The notes beneath the pieces were generated by a model. That model had not been told where the DNA came from and searched no databases. It worked only from the letters and a program-made list of their open reading frames with translations. From positions 2,294,001 through 2,358,000 of the forward strand of contig MU058444.1 in the NCBI GenBank assembly GCA_013265495.1: 64,000 bases of DNA, given 5' to 3'. How positions within the stretch are numbered: position 1 is the first letter of the stretch; every line of letters starts with the position of its first letter. This stretch comes from Vicugna vicugna. Taxonomy: Eukaryota. Positions 1 through 13,475 of the stretch are shown in pieces. Made by a program: the position numbers and the translations under genes.

Positions 1-909
1 AACTTGACATGATCTATTATTTGAAAATACTATCACCATGGAGTCAAAAGACGGTCTCTGAGCCACTACAGGAGTTTTTCCAGCTCCTAAGTAAAAACAA
101 GGACATCCTCATTCTGAGTATGTGTACACCAGGTAGACACAGGATAGGGGTCCCCAATCTGCCCATGAGAGACTCCTTCCACTGCCCTGTGACCCTGGCA
201 GGGAGAATGCCACCTCTCCCTCACAAGGACGGGGGCAGGTCCTACTTCCCAGACAGCAGGCTTTCTGAACCCATACGACTCAGAGGAACAGCACAACCAC
301 AAGCTGATTTAGACATTAACAATTTATTTTCTACAACAGCACTCACATCTTTAAAACACTTTAGAAGAAACATAACTAAAAAATCTCATCCTGTTTTTCC
401 CCACTTTCCCATAAGTGAGGCAAAATTTACAAATGCATATCTTGTGTAAACATTTAAAATAGGCTATCCTAAGAAACTGAAATTAATGCACAACTTACAA
501 AACATTCCAATAGAGACCGAAGGAATGGTGAGTGAGGCTGCCCCCAAACTCCACAACTGAACCCCATGAAACAAACTCACAACAGGAGAATTCATCACAA
601 ACACCCAAGACAGAAGAACTCAGGACAAAATCTTCCAAGCAAAAGCTGAGAACAAGATTGGAAAATCGAGAAAAGATTGAAGAAAAGCTGGGGTCTAATC
701 AATGGTATGAGCACAGCCCAAAGAAAGATGCCGTGACAGCACCCGCTGGAGAAGTCCAGGGACACAGAGAAGAGCAGGCATCCACAGTGGTCCCCAGCCA
801 CGCCAGTGAGCAAGGCAGCCTGAGCAAGTGGGTGCGTAAGGACGGCTGGGGCAGAGCCGGCTGTATCAGGCTGTCCCTCCTGGTGGTAAGGACCAGGATG
901 CTGACGATG

Positions 910-1120
910 ACAACAGCTCACTTTTACTGCACACTTAACTCTGCCAGGCACAATGTGAGGCCCTCTACACACATTATTTCCTTTAACCCTTATGCGGGAC
1001 CAGTGAGGCACTCCCCCCCATTTTACAGATGGGGAAACCGAGGCTCACAGAAGCTCAAGTCACTTGCCCGAGGTCCCTCACAGAATCACTACAGAGCCAT
1101 AATCTGGACCCAGATCAGAG
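910..1120 (-). mobile_element. MIR SINE
   Basis: Core cccattttacagatggggaaaccgaggctcacagaag...tcacttgcccgaggtc. Confidence 0.8.
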
Positions 1121-1149
1121 CTCACAGGGTATGTTCTACGAAGCATCAA

Positions 1150-1930
1150 AATAATACACCTGTAAAGACTGCTGAGAGAAATCAAAGGAGATCTAAATAA
1201 ATACTGTGTTCACAGATCAGAGGGCTCAATATTGGTCACATTCAATTTTCCCCAACTGATGTAGAGATTCAATACAATCACAATCAAAGTCGCAGCAAAC
1301 ATTTTTATGGAAATGAATAAGCCAATCAAAAAAAATTATATGGAAATAGAAAGGGAAAGAAACGCCAAAACAATTTTGTAAAAGCACAAAACTGCAGGAC
1401 TGGCGCTGCCTATTTGCAACACTTAAACCATAATGGTGCGGTCAAGGAATAAAATTAGACCCATGGTTCAATGGAAAAGAACTGAGTCCAGAAAGACCCA
1501 ACCATACGGGGTCAATACATCCTTAACAAAGGTGCCAATGTCACTCAGTGGGGAAAAGTAGTCTTTTCAACAAATGGCACTAGAAACACCAGCATACAGC
1601 GCCATATACAAAAATGAATTCAAAATGGGCCACATTCCTCAATTTAATAGACAAAATTTTAAAAACTTCTTGAAGAAAGTATGGGTGAAAATCTTAATGA
1701 TCTTGGGTTGGACTTCTTAACTATGACATCAAAAGACGAACCAGAAAAGCAAACACTGATGAACTGGACTTCATCAAAAGACAAAATTTTGCTCTTCAAA
1801 AGGATGTAGGTAGTTGTCACTTCCGTGTACGGCATGCCTCTCCTATAGCTTTTCTGATGGGGGACACACACCGGGGTTCCACTCAGTCCACCTGACAGAT
1901 GCATCCTTTCACTGTATGCGAATCAACTGA
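1150..1930 (+). mobile_element. Old L1M ORF2/3' fragment
   Basis: Degenerate L1 ORF2 motifs (gattcaatacaatcacaatcaaa, aaaggtgccaa, tcttttcaacaaatgg, ctggacttcatcaaaa). Confidence 0.75.
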
Positions 1931-4006
1931 CATCTGCTTTACACATCAGTGTCCTGAGACATCAGTGTCCTGAGGGCTCGTCTCCCTAGAACAAGCCAGT
2001 CCCCCTCCACAGGGAGCATTAACAAGACTCGGTGCGTACACCCACAAAACTAAAACCAGACCCCAGGCTATGACAACTTCAGCCAGGTAACAGCCCACTG
2101 ACTCCTCCCACCCCCCCACATCCTAGTAAAATCTCTCTCCTTCCACCTATTTTTTAACTATAACAAACAGTACTTTTGAAAACCTCTACTCTGTTTAAGA
2201 AATCAATTGAAATTTCTCACACTGGTTTTTTGTTGTTCAAAGATACAAAAGTCTCCTTTGGTCTGCTGCAACAGTTAACACCTGCTGCCAAATGCTCCAG
2301 CAAGCCTGGGAACAGACAGGGCAAGAAAAAAAAAAAGAAAGAATAGTTTGAAATGAAAACAAAGAAAGCCAAGTCGTGAATCCACAAAATCTGATACCGT
2401 GGAGAAAAAAAAAACCTTAAAATATGTTTTCCATACTCATAAAGGAAAAAAGAATGGATAAGAAGGGGGGAAAATGGTCAACCATTTCCCTAATATTTTG
2501 TGCTCTTTTCCTAAATTAAAATGAAATATATGCAACTGAGTTCAATAACATTTTTTAAACAAAGAAACCTAAAGCTACGGCTACTCAGAAGCAGCATGAA
2601 ATGGCATTTTATTTACTAATTGCTATTCAGGTCAAATATTTAAATGATTTCCCGTAACCAGTAAGAAATATTCTACCGTATTTTCCCTTAGTAAGCTTTA
2701 ATTGAGAGGTTAAAAAAAAATGAAGCACTGGTATTTTTATAATTAGCAGATGAAGCACAATCTAATAATAGAAGCCGGACAACATTTTCTACCACCTGCT
2801 AGTGGTCTGTGTGTATCAGTCAGTGATGAAGATTTCAGTGATTTCTGAATAATGGCTAGTTGGCAAAGGTGTTTCGTGCAGCCCTAATATGATGGCAGAC
2901 ACTGGACCCTGTGCTGTGGGTACCTTGGTGCTGCTCTGCCCTCCCCATCACCCACCGCCCTCCGAGCTGTCAGTCACTCAGCATCTGGGGGCATCTGGGA
3001 GGCGGGACGATGTGAAGACTACCTCTACCCACTGTTGGCTATTCCTCCCAAATCTCCCACCCTCTCTTAGAAGACACGACTCGCTCTTTTGCCACCACGA
3101 TTTGCCGCTTTATGTCTCTCCTTCCATCTCCAGGATACCACCCCACCCCAAATTCCTTCAGTCTCTCCCCTCCGAGTCAGCCGCCCCCATCACAAGCATG
3201 CCAGGAATGGGGCTGGCCCCAGGGATCAACCCTGCACTGCCCCTCCCTGAGGGACGCTAGCTTCTAGAGCGTTCTAGTCTCTTGGGGTGGAGGGCAGGGC
3301 TGTCTAAAAAGGGGTGTACAAACCTTTCAGTACTGTAGCACACAACCTTGTTTCCCCATCCAGCCATTTGGGTGGGAGCATAAATGAAATTTTTAAACAC
3401 TGCCACCTTGTAATTAATTTATGATGCAGTGAAACATGAGAAACCCAACAAATCAGAGCCTCATATACCATGCCTCACAAAAGAAAAAATGCCAATGATT
3501 AAACTACAAATTGACTGTTGGTTGGTATCAGCAAACATTAGCTTAACCTCCCACCTTCCACATGGACAGCTGGTGAAGCCACAGTAAATGCTCCCCTGAT
3601 GACTTGCCTGTGACAATATAAACCTTCAGTGACGTCTGCCACCTCGAATTACATAAGACTCAGAAAAGAGAGCAATATATTTTAGATAGATTTTCAGTCA
3701 CAAGAGGATAACTTTTAAAAAAATCTTTCTCCTGGTTCACTCTCACGTAATCAATTCCACGGGCCATTCCGATTTGGCAAACCTTTAGAGATTTTAAATA
3801 TGACATTTTTATTTATCAATACTACTTCACTCCCTGTAGCACTTAATAGGTGAGATTACAGAAAATGACAGAATGACCACCTGTACTTCCAGTAAACAGC
3901 TAGCGAGCACATTTTAGGCATTATTATTAATGTCATATTATTGTACAGCATGGTATCAGCCCCTCCAGACACCATGGTGTGTCACTGGTAATGCGCTGAA
4001 ATGATA

Positions 4007-4070
4007 ATGTCAGTTACTCAACTGCAATGTTAGTTGACTGTAATGTCAATTACAGTTGAGTAACTGACAT
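4007..4070. repeat. Inverted repeat / hairpin with perfect 18-bp arms
   Basis: ATGTCAGTTACTCAACTG (4007-4024) is the exact reverse complement of CAGTTGAGTAACTGACAT (4053-4070). Confidence 0.95.
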
Positions 4071-4127
4071 CCTAATTGAAAGGCATAGCTTGTTCAACCG
4101 TGGGTAAGTTTGTGTATTTTACATTAA

Positions 4128-4181
<54 letters not shown>
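4128..4181. repeat. (AAT)18 microsatellite
   Basis: Uninterrupted AAT run. Confidence 0.97.
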
Positions 4182-4439
4182 TAGTAATACTGTTTTCCTA
4201 TCTTTTAAGCACCTAATCCTTTGTAAACCCCCTTCTGAACTATGTGATCATTGCAATTAAAGCAGGAAGGGACATCAGAGGCAACCCAGTGCAACCAAGT
4301 CACCAGATACACTAAGTACCATCACCACCCCCCAAAAAGTTAAATGATGTGCCCAAGGTCTCGCAGCAAGGAAGCAGCAGCATTACGCTAACTCCAGATA
4401 ATTCGTCTTATTTCTCCTGACACACGCCTTCAGTAAACA

Positions 4440-5045
4440 GAACAAGCGGCAGCCCCCCTCGGGCTGGAAAGCCTCAGGTTTACAAGGGACCCTCCGCAGC
4501 CAAGCAGCCCCGCCTCCCCCTGCAGCTGCCAGGGCCGCCGCGGGGGAAGGCGGGGTGGGAGGCCGGTTCCCAGCCCCAAGGAGGCAGGAAACACTGGACC
4601 CCTGGGTGTGGGGGCGGAAATCAACAGTCTGGGCGGGCAGGCAGGGGAGGGGTCAGGGAAGAGCCAGCTCTTCTGCTCCTGCTCCAGAAGGAACGGGGCC
4701 GGCTGGGCTGAGGAGGAGGGAGGACCTAACGCTGACTTCGCGCCCAGATGCTGACTTCGCCAGGGGGCCCACGGGTGTGCTCTTCCCGGAGAAGCACAGG
4801 AGAAGCCAGGGCTTCCCAGCACCGCTGAGGTCCAGAAAGCGCACTGACAACGAAACCTGGAAACAAACCCGTTTGTACACTAGATACCGACTGGTCCTCC
4901 TTGAAAATGGAGGGGAGCGGCGAATGCGGTGCAGGAGCTGGTGATGAAACTCAATTTCATCCTCCCGTTTGCCAGGTAAACGCAGCGACCCGTCACAGGG
5001 CGTCCTCGCCGTCAGCGGGAGCCAGAATCTGACACGTCAGTGGCA
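4440..5045. promoter_or_regulatory. Intronic CpG-island-like element
   Basis: About 600 bp, GC-rich, roughly 35 CpGs by eye, GC boxes, AT-rich flanks; no repeat recognised. Confidence 0.55.
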
Positions 5046-6619
5046 AGATAAGGAACTCCTTGGTGGGAAAACAACAAATTCTGCCCTTCTTAATGATTAT
5101 GGTAACGGATACAAGTCAAACAACATATATATTGTGTACATTTTATCTACGTAACAAAATACACGTCTAACAAGATATATAATATATATCTCAGCAGATA
5201 ATATGGGAGGCCTGTGTTTTAAAGTTACTTAATTTTAAATTAAGCTTTTCTTTCTAATTGTTTATTTGAAACTAAAATTACTCTGAAAATTAAACCCTAA
5301 TATAATACTAATAATGTAAATCAATCATACTTCAACTAAATATAAAATAAAATAATTTTAAAATAAGTAAAATAAACTCAAATATTTTACCTGTTTTAAG
5401 TTATTCTAACTAGGATGAGAATTTACTAATAAATCTAAGATAAATTTTTTCATAAATAAGTCCAAAAATAGAAGAAAATATAAACCAAAATCATAAACTA
5501 TATTCCACAAAAGGAGAAAATACCCTGTAATAAGGCTGATAAAAAAGGTAAAATTTTTCAAAGGGCAGGACTACACTGCTATCTCTTTGCCAAAACTCAC
5601 TTTTAATCTTGTAAAACACACTAAATAAAGCTAATGTTTGAAATGTGAGACAGTATCAAAAACTTTAAATTCTTCTGTAAAACACTTAATTGAAACAATT
5701 ACAATATTTTGAGTATCTTCAAACTTCAGAGTATATTTAAACAAGCCTTGATGCAACCATACTCATTTCATGTGAGCTGTTCACTTACAAAGATATTTTA
5801 AATCCTGTTTTAATATAGTTCATCCTTACACAACTTAATACATATTTGCCTGAACGAAGCACAAATACTAAACACATTCCAGCTTTTATCTCCCAACAGC
5901 CAACCTTTCTCAAATAATATAAATGAAATCGTCATCTTTCGTTACTCATTTTTAAAAATTACTGAGCCTAAACATGCCTTCTGTATCACTAACTCAAAAC
6001 AAGCTGATTCCCAAAGAGAAAATAAATAAGAACATGAATGTAATCACTGTGAGGGTATCAACAGCCAAACTAAATTATTCATTATTATTTACTATTACAT
6101 ATATCTACAAATATAAGTTTATATAAGGAAAGTGTGCTTTCTATGACTTCATTTTTAAAGTACAAAATTCATGTCTGTGAAAAACTAGCAAAGAAAATGA
6201 GCTCTTTTACTTTAAACCTTATTTTTACCATCTCACGAGGCATTTCTATATGAAATCTGAAGCTGTCTCACTAAATAAACAAGAAGCAGAAAGCTGTCTT
6301 TGATCAAAATCCTCCCACAAGTGGAAGGAGAGAGAGAATGACAGAATGCTTCTATTTGGGGATGTCACTGCATTAAGAATTAGCAGGGATGGACCATCCT
6401 GGTGACAGAAACAGCACCTGCCACTAACCGTCCTTCGGAGCAGGATTTGACCCCTGAAGTCTGACAGACCAGGGAAGACACATCACTGCAGCAATCTCCT
6501 CCAACCCCCCCACCCGGCAGAGTGCCTCCAACAGCGTTCGTCAAGTGACAGTTCCAACTGTGCTCTCAGAGGAAGCCAGCTTACTGACCACACAGCACAA
6601 CCATCAAAAGCAAATCCTT

Positions 6620-7398
6620 CACCTCACACCAGTCACAGTGGCCATCATTAAAATGTCCACAAACGATAAATGCTGGAGAGGGAGCCCTCCTACACTGTTG
6701 GTGGGAATGTAGTTTGGTGCAGCCATTATGGAAAACAGTATGGAGATTCCTCAAAAAACTAAAATAGACTTACTTTATGGTCCAGCCATCCCACTCCTGG
6801 GAATATATAAGGAGGGAACCCTAATTTTAAAAGTATATGCACCCCAATTTCACAGCAGCACTATTTACAATAGCCAAGACACAGAAACAACTTAAATGTC
6901 CATCAACAGATGACTGGATAAAGAAGATGTGGTATATAATATATAAATGGAATACTACTCAGCCATAAAAAATAAAATAATGCCACTTGCAGCAACATGG
7001 ATGGACCTGGAGATCATCATTCTAAGTGAAGTCAGCCAGTAAGAGAAAGAAAAATACTATAAGATATCACTTGTATGTGGAATCTTTAAAAAAAAACGAC
7101 ATAAATGAACTTATGTACGAAACAAAAACAGACTCACAGACATAGACAACAGACTTACTGTTACCAGGGGTGGGGAGGATAGGATAAATTGTGAGTTTGA
7201 GATTTATAGACACTAACTATTACGTATAAAACAGATTAACAGCAAGGGAACTATATTCAACCTATAACCTGTAATGAAAAAGAACATGAAAACAAATATG
7301 TATGTATGTGTATGATAGAAACATTATGCTGTACACCAGAAACTGACACATTGTAAGCTGACCATAATTCAATTTAAAAAAAAAGAAAAGAAAGAAAA
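6620..7398 (+). mobile_element. 5'-truncated lineage L1 (ORF2 end, 3' UTR, polyA)
   Basis: cacctcacaccagtca...tgctggagag...gcagcaacatggatggacctggag...A-rich tail. Confidence 0.92.
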
Positions 7399-7684
7399 CC
7401 CTGAACAGTGGGAAACAAATTTTTCAGTCCCCAGACATCCGCCAGAACGTAAGAGGACTCCAAAGCTGATTCTTGAGGTGTATTTTGGTCGAGGTAGCTC
7501 AGGCTATCTTAAGAAGATTCATTGCTCAATTGGAGTATTACCAAACAAAAATAGTCAGAGGCAAAATACATGCTGAAGTTTCATACAGTTTCATCTGTTT
7601 ACTGGGACTCTCACCATGTTCCAAAAATGATATGAAGTGACTTACTAAATTACAGCCACATGTTATACATTAGAAGTGGGACCG

Positions 7685-7905
7685 TGGTAGACACAGTGTT
7701 GGCGGGAGACCCAGGAGCCGGAATCACAGCTCTGCCCGTCACTACATCCCCATGTGACCTTGGGTGACGCTGGGCTGGTCCCTCCCCCTCTCCATGTGCC
7801 CACTTCCTCATCTGTAAAATGGGGGTGCTGGCAGTTACCTGGTGGGGCTGTCATGCATAATAACTTAACACTTGTAAAGCATCTAGAACAGCACGTGGCA
7901 AGTCG
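7685..7905 (+). mobile_element. MIR SINE
   Basis: tgtgaccttggg...ttcctcatctgtaaaatgggg...tgtaaagcatctagaacagca. Confidence 0.8.
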
Positions 7906-8447
7906 TAAATTTTACAGAACTGAAGGAAAGGTGGGGAGGGGAGACCCTAGGAACAGAAATTGGGCCGATGCACACAGCCCTCTATAACGTGCTATGTATA
8001 TACGTCTTGTTTTTATTTTATCCACACGGGCCCATCACACCCAGGTGTATAAATTCAAATTTAAAACTGTGGGCACTGATCTCCATTCTATTTTTACAGG
8101 ACAAGACAGCTGTAGTATATGATGTCTTTATCGGCCACATTAATTAGGCACTGGCTTCAGAGGACATGAAATTGGCCACAACATTCCAAACAGGAGTATG
8201 ACTGATTCGGGCAGTTTTTACGGCGGAAGTGCTCTGCTTTTAGAACTGGGTGAAAGGTCTGCTCGTGTGTCCTTTAAAGACGACCCCCACAAAGGGGATG
8301 AAAGATCCCGGGAAGCCCGACGCCCAGCATCCCGCCTCCCCTAACCCGAGGGCGTGGGGCCACCGCAGAGGCAGAGAGGAGGGCAAATGAGGTCAAGATG
8401 GAACAGCCAACCCTGAAAGTAACTTATAAAGTACTGTGAACTCCCAA

Positions 8448-8565
8448 GGGGGTAGGGTATAGCTCCGCGGGAGGGCGCGTGCTTAGCAGGCACGAGGTCC
8501 TGGGTTCAATCCCCAGTACAGCAACGTAAATAAATAAAAATAAACCTGATTGCCCCTTCAAAAAA
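8448..8565 (+). mobile_element. tRNA-Ala-derived SINE (Vic-1-like)
   Basis: GGGTATAGCTC...CTTAGCA...GGTTCAATCCCCAG head, AAAT tail, degenerate TSD tactgtgaact/tactgtaaact. Confidence 0.85.
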
Positions 8566-9617
8566 TACTGTAAACTTCCGATTTCCCACTCTTTCTACTT
8601 CAAATATTTTAGCCGATGATAATTCAAATAACAGTCTCAATTATATTAAAATAAAAAGCACTGCAAAGTCGTTATATAAAATGTATTTTCATCTGTTAAA
8701 TATTTGCTAGCATCTAAATAAATACAGACATCCAGGACACACTGGTCATTCCATCTGATTTAGGTATTGGGTAATAAAGTGATGGAGGTTTAAGGCCTCA
8801 CGCTCTAACTCTGAACAAAACGAGGATTGAGTCATTTATTTCACTTTTCTTTCTTTCTCTGCTTTCCATGAGAACTTATGGTTCTAATAATAGAATGTCT
8901 GTACTGGGCATCCCTGAGTTTTGATCACAGAGGTAACTTTAGGGTAGAAAAGGAACCAGTGCCATTCATGTCACCATTCCTCTTTCTCCCTATAACTGCC
9001 TGCTGGCTCAGCTCCGGCTTGTAACACTGTTAAATGAATTCAGTTCCGTAACCAGAGGTAAACCCAAAGTCACAGGCCGGAGGGTGTTAACGAACGGATA
9101 AAAATTTATGAACCTCAGAAAACTGCTTATCTGACACTTTTTAACTTTCCATAAAGCCAAACCAACTCAAAAAGCAGTGCAGTCCTCCTCCCGGAAACCG
9201 TGAGACCCACGTGCCTGCAGCCCCTGGGGCCGCCCCGCTTTACGGGGAGAGGAGGCTGCGTCCACTTTACAGACTCAGGAAAGGGGTCGGGTCGGGAGGG
9301 GGTGGTCAGCAGAGCAGCCACGGGCTGTGGCACGTGTGACACCCCTCATCTCTGTCCCTCAAGTATCAACACAGGCCTGCAGGTCAACTGCCTAGCGACA
9401 GCCTGCACTGTAATTGCTCCGGTCACTCATTCACAAGCATCCTGACAGTTTATCACAGAGCCTCACCCACAAAATAAACAGGAGCCGAGGAATCCCCCAC
9501 CTGTGAGGGCTCAGGCAGGTCAGTTAGCAGGAGGCACTCGACAAGCCTCGAAGTTCCCAGTCTGGTTGGTCTACATCTCCCTTAATCTCACTTTGTTGCG
9601 GTGGTGGGTTTTGGCGG

Positions 9618-9740
9618 GGAGGTGGGGAGGGGTCAGGTTTACTTATTTATTTGCTTATTTTAATGGAGGCACTGGGGATTGAACCCAGGGCCTCCTGCAT
9701 GCTAAGTGCACCCTCTGCCACTGAGCTCTACCCACTCTCC
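9618..9740 (-). mobile_element. tRNA-Ala-derived SINE (Vic-1-like)
   Basis: Reverse complement of the same family (ctggggattgaacccagg...atgctaag...ctgagct). Confidence 0.85.
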
Positions 9741-10694
9741 TCCCTTAGTTCAAACTCCTATTTCCAGAAATACATTCGAAGTAGAAGAAACTGCAATAGA
9801 CCACTTTTCTGCCTTTTATCTACTCTGCATGGTGTTCTCACCATGTAGAAAGTAGGGCTTGTTAGCAAAGACATTCGTATTTAGTGTTCAAATTCTCTCC
9901 TACCGAAGATCTTGTGATTCCAAGGTCACATGGTTCTAAAAACTAAGGAGAAATGCAGTCTGTGAGATGCTGGGCAGAGAACTTAGCCTGCCACCCAATG
10001 TCCAGACTCCTGACCCAAGGACACTGGGAGTAGTTTTAAGCCCCTTAAAAAAAAAATACAGGGAATTAAAGAGATATTGGGGAAAATGAGGGGAAAAAAA
10101 GAGAGAGAGGCCTGCAGTGAGGACTCTCACTCTTCACTCTGGCATCTCCCCTTTTAAAGAGAGCGTCCCTTCGCCTCACCTGGCCAGTTGGTCACTTTCT
10201 TGCATGAATATGAATTTAAATAGCCCTGAAGGCAACTTCAACCAACTGAGAAAACAATACAGCCTTTCCAAGAGAATCTAGGGGCCATTTGATTTTATTT
10301 TCCTTTCCAGATGAAGATGAAAGATGTTCTTTATACCCACAGACTGGACACTTGAAAAGCAATTTGTGAAAATAAGAATTCTGAGGGGACGTGGCGGGAG
10401 AGGCTTCATGTTTCTTTTTCAGGAGCCTTACTATTCTAGCACTAAACTCTACTGCAAAATAGCAAATCCTATTTCCTTTGGGATGTTTTCCCCCATTTTA
10501 ACTCAAAACAGCCAATACTAATTAGCCAAACTAGTCATTCTGTTATTTTTTAATTAAATCATGTTTATGTGTTAAGGAAATCATGATGACTTTTCTAAAG
10601 GTTAGTGGACACCATCTCTGGTCTCCATTATGATCAACTAATAAAGGAAAGGCTGTGCTCTCTGGTATTTTACCAGGAAGTTCTAAAGGAAGTC

Positions 10695-11147
10695 TGTGGC
10701 AGGCAGAATACTGGTTCCCCCAAAGATACCCACACCCTATTCTGCAGAACCTGCAAATACGTTACCGTACGTGGAAAAGAGACACCACCAGTGCGATCAA
10801 GCTAAGGGCCGTGAGATGGGAGAGGAGCCTGGGTCACCTGGCTGGTCCAGTGTCATCCCAGGGAGGGGCCCCCACGAGAACAAAGCAGGAGGTCAGCGTG
10901 AGGGAAGATGCAAAGAACAGCAGTGGTAGGAGTGGCTTGTCAAGGAACCAAGGGACGAGGGCTGTTTCTAGAGCCCAGAAAAGGCAAGGAAGTGGATTCT
11001 CCCCAATGACACCCCAAAGGAACAGTTCTGCTGACACCCAAAGCTCAGCCCCTGAGACCCGCCGTGGACTCCTGACTGCCAAAGCGGCACGGTAACAAAT
11101 TGCTGGTATTTAAACCATTGGGTTGGTGGTCCTTTGGTGCAGAGCAG
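10695..11147 (+). mobile_element. MaLR solo LTR (MLT1, MLT1D-like)
   Basis: TGTGGCAGGCAGAATA...CCCCAAAGAT start, 'ttctgctgacacc...cagcccctgagaccc', and a 3' end typical of MLT1. Confidence 0.75.
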
Positions 11148-11479
11148 TTCACACTCCTTTTGAAAGCTGAGTCCCGAAAGGACCACACACCCTTGTCTAT
11201 AACTGCGCCAGACAGAGGCCTTGCCTTTTCTGCACAGTTAGAGCCCGGCAGATTCAGTATTCTTTAAAAATAACAGGGCTAATTTGCCCTGTTCAAGATG
11301 GAGGCCACCCCAAGGAGGTAAAAGCGAAGTGCCAAACTGTCATCAGATACAGTCCGTGCGTGTCTTAAAACTGTCGTGACCTTCTGACATGACTCGGCAA
11401 CTCAAGTCAGTATCAGAAAGGCCCACAGTCGCTCCAGCTGAAACGCAAATACTAACTTTCAAAATAACGGTCCAACACA

Positions 11480-11685
11480 TGACTGTATGTAAAATAGATA
11501 AACAACAAGGGCCTGCTGTACAGCACAGGGAACTATATTCAATTTCTTGTAATAACATATAACGGAAAAGAATCTGAAAAGATAATATATACACGTATGT
11601 ATAATGTATCACTCAATCACTTTGCTGGGCACCTGAAACTAACATTGTAAATCAACAACGCGTCAATATAAAATTTTTAAAAATA
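11480..11685 (+). mobile_element. L1 3' tail fragment
   Basis: ataaacaacaagg...gtacagcacagggaactatattc...ttgtaaatcaac. Confidence 0.85.
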
Positions 11686-12549
11686 ATAATGGTCAAGCAA
11701 CTCAACTGCCTTCCAACTGCTCACTGGACCTAATGCAACACACACGTGAATAACGTGCTCAGGGGAACGACTAAAATGCTCCGATTCCTGCCGGAAGGGC
11801 AGCAGTGTTTACACAGCACAAAACGAAACCTGCTGGAACTCAGGCTGCTGGGCCGTGCAGACTTCACCGAGCACGGTCACAGTCGGGACCAGGAGGAGGA
11901 GGAAGTTCAGTGCATGCATCTGGGTGCTTGGAAGTACAAAGACAACATGGTTGAGTGGAAAAAGCAATAAAGCAGAAATTCAGAGCTCCTGGGCTCTAGT
12001 TCTAAGCCCGGTTCTAACTAGTTCTGTGACCTTAGTATCTCTGAGCCTCGTTCTTCTCCGACATAAAAAATTCAGGAGCTAAATTATACAACCTCAGCTC
12101 TCTGATTCTGCTCTATTTCGCAGAATAAACGTGCTGTCACTACAAAAAAGAATCTTTCCTCTCTTCCTGCCCGACTATGATAACTTAGTTCTATCAAACT
12201 GATTCCAATTTAAATATCACATGAATAGAAATATCACGTTGATATGACAATACAGAGATCGTCTGTGTCACGTCTTCTCCCTCCGGCTGTGCAGCGATGC
12301 TCACAGCTCAGGGTCGTACTAACGCGAAGGCAGCACACGAACAAGGATCATGCTTTTCCCTCCCGTACTTTGACCAGCTGAGTCTGGAGCACCCATCAAA
12401 CAGAACGTAATGAACGTGTGGATGAACTGTGTAGGAAGGACTTTGAGGGTTTTAAGTCTATGCTTCCAAAATCCATCTAATGATGATAAAAGAAAATTTA
12501 AGCACAATTGATACGCACATAAGCCTTCTTAAAAGAGAAAAGGAAAATC

Positions 12550-13475
12550 TCCCACCTCTGGACATGGTGGAGGAACAGGAACTGGTTTTACCCTTCCACT
12601 GGACACAACTACTTTTGTCTCAAAAAAGAGAGACAAAATTTATGGAACCATCATTTTCGGACATGTGACAATAGACAGAGCAGACACAGTGATTTCTGAA
12701 AAATGGGAGACAATTAAGGTGAGCCCTACCACCCCTAGCTTACTGTCTGGAGCGAGTTTCCAGGCTATGGTGCAGGCATGCGGTGAGGGACTAGGGTGAG
12801 CGATGGAGGGCGGTCTCCCCCAGAGGAGGAGAGAGTTAGCGCAATGAGGTCAAGACCATCCATCGGCAATTGCAGCGCAGAGAGCAGGAAAGAGCTGCAC
12901 GAAAGCCAGCTCTGGAGATCCCCGAAGGGTGGCACTTACCACCAGGAAGGAGCAGGCACAACGCAAAAGGTGCTGCCCAGCCGTGCAGAAAGCGAGCCAT
13001 GGGCTCAAGCCCATCTGGTCCTGCCGAACAGAGCTCCAGAAGCAACCCTCACACGCATCAGTCTAGTCTAAGTACCTAACTGTATCACAAACAAGACTCA
13101 GAAACCCTAAAAAACACACTGCAAAAATTCAGCACCCAACAAAGTCAAATCAACCACATACGGCATCTATGTAAAAAATTACCAGGCACGCAGTGAAACT
13201 GGAAAATGTGACCCATAATGTGGAGAAACAGTAATCAAAGAAACAGACCCAAAAATGACACAGAAGACAGAAGGGACAGATCAGAATACTAGAACAGCTA
13301 TTATTAATATACTCCACGTGTCCCAAAAGACAGAAGAAACCAAGAGTATGTTAAGGAGAGACACAGAAGAAGAGAGAAAAAACCAAAACTGAACATCTAG
13401 ACATGAAAAATACACTCGATGGAGTTAACAACAGATTACACGAAAGAAAATATTCTTGAAATTTAAGACAGTAAG
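12550..13475 (+). mobile_element. Ancient L1M 5' region/ORF1 relic
   Basis: Resembles L1M 5' ends (aaggtgagccctacc...gagtttccaggc; gaaaatgtgacccataat; acagctattattaatatactcc). Confidence 0.6.

Noticed and set aside
532..1200. 222-aa + strand ORF
   Set aside because: GTG start, runs through a MIR and into L1 sequence, no recognisable domain.
4430..4944. ORFs of about 130 aa in the GC-rich block
   Set aside because: Non-ATG starts, GC-driven stop depletion, no recognisable homology or exon structure.
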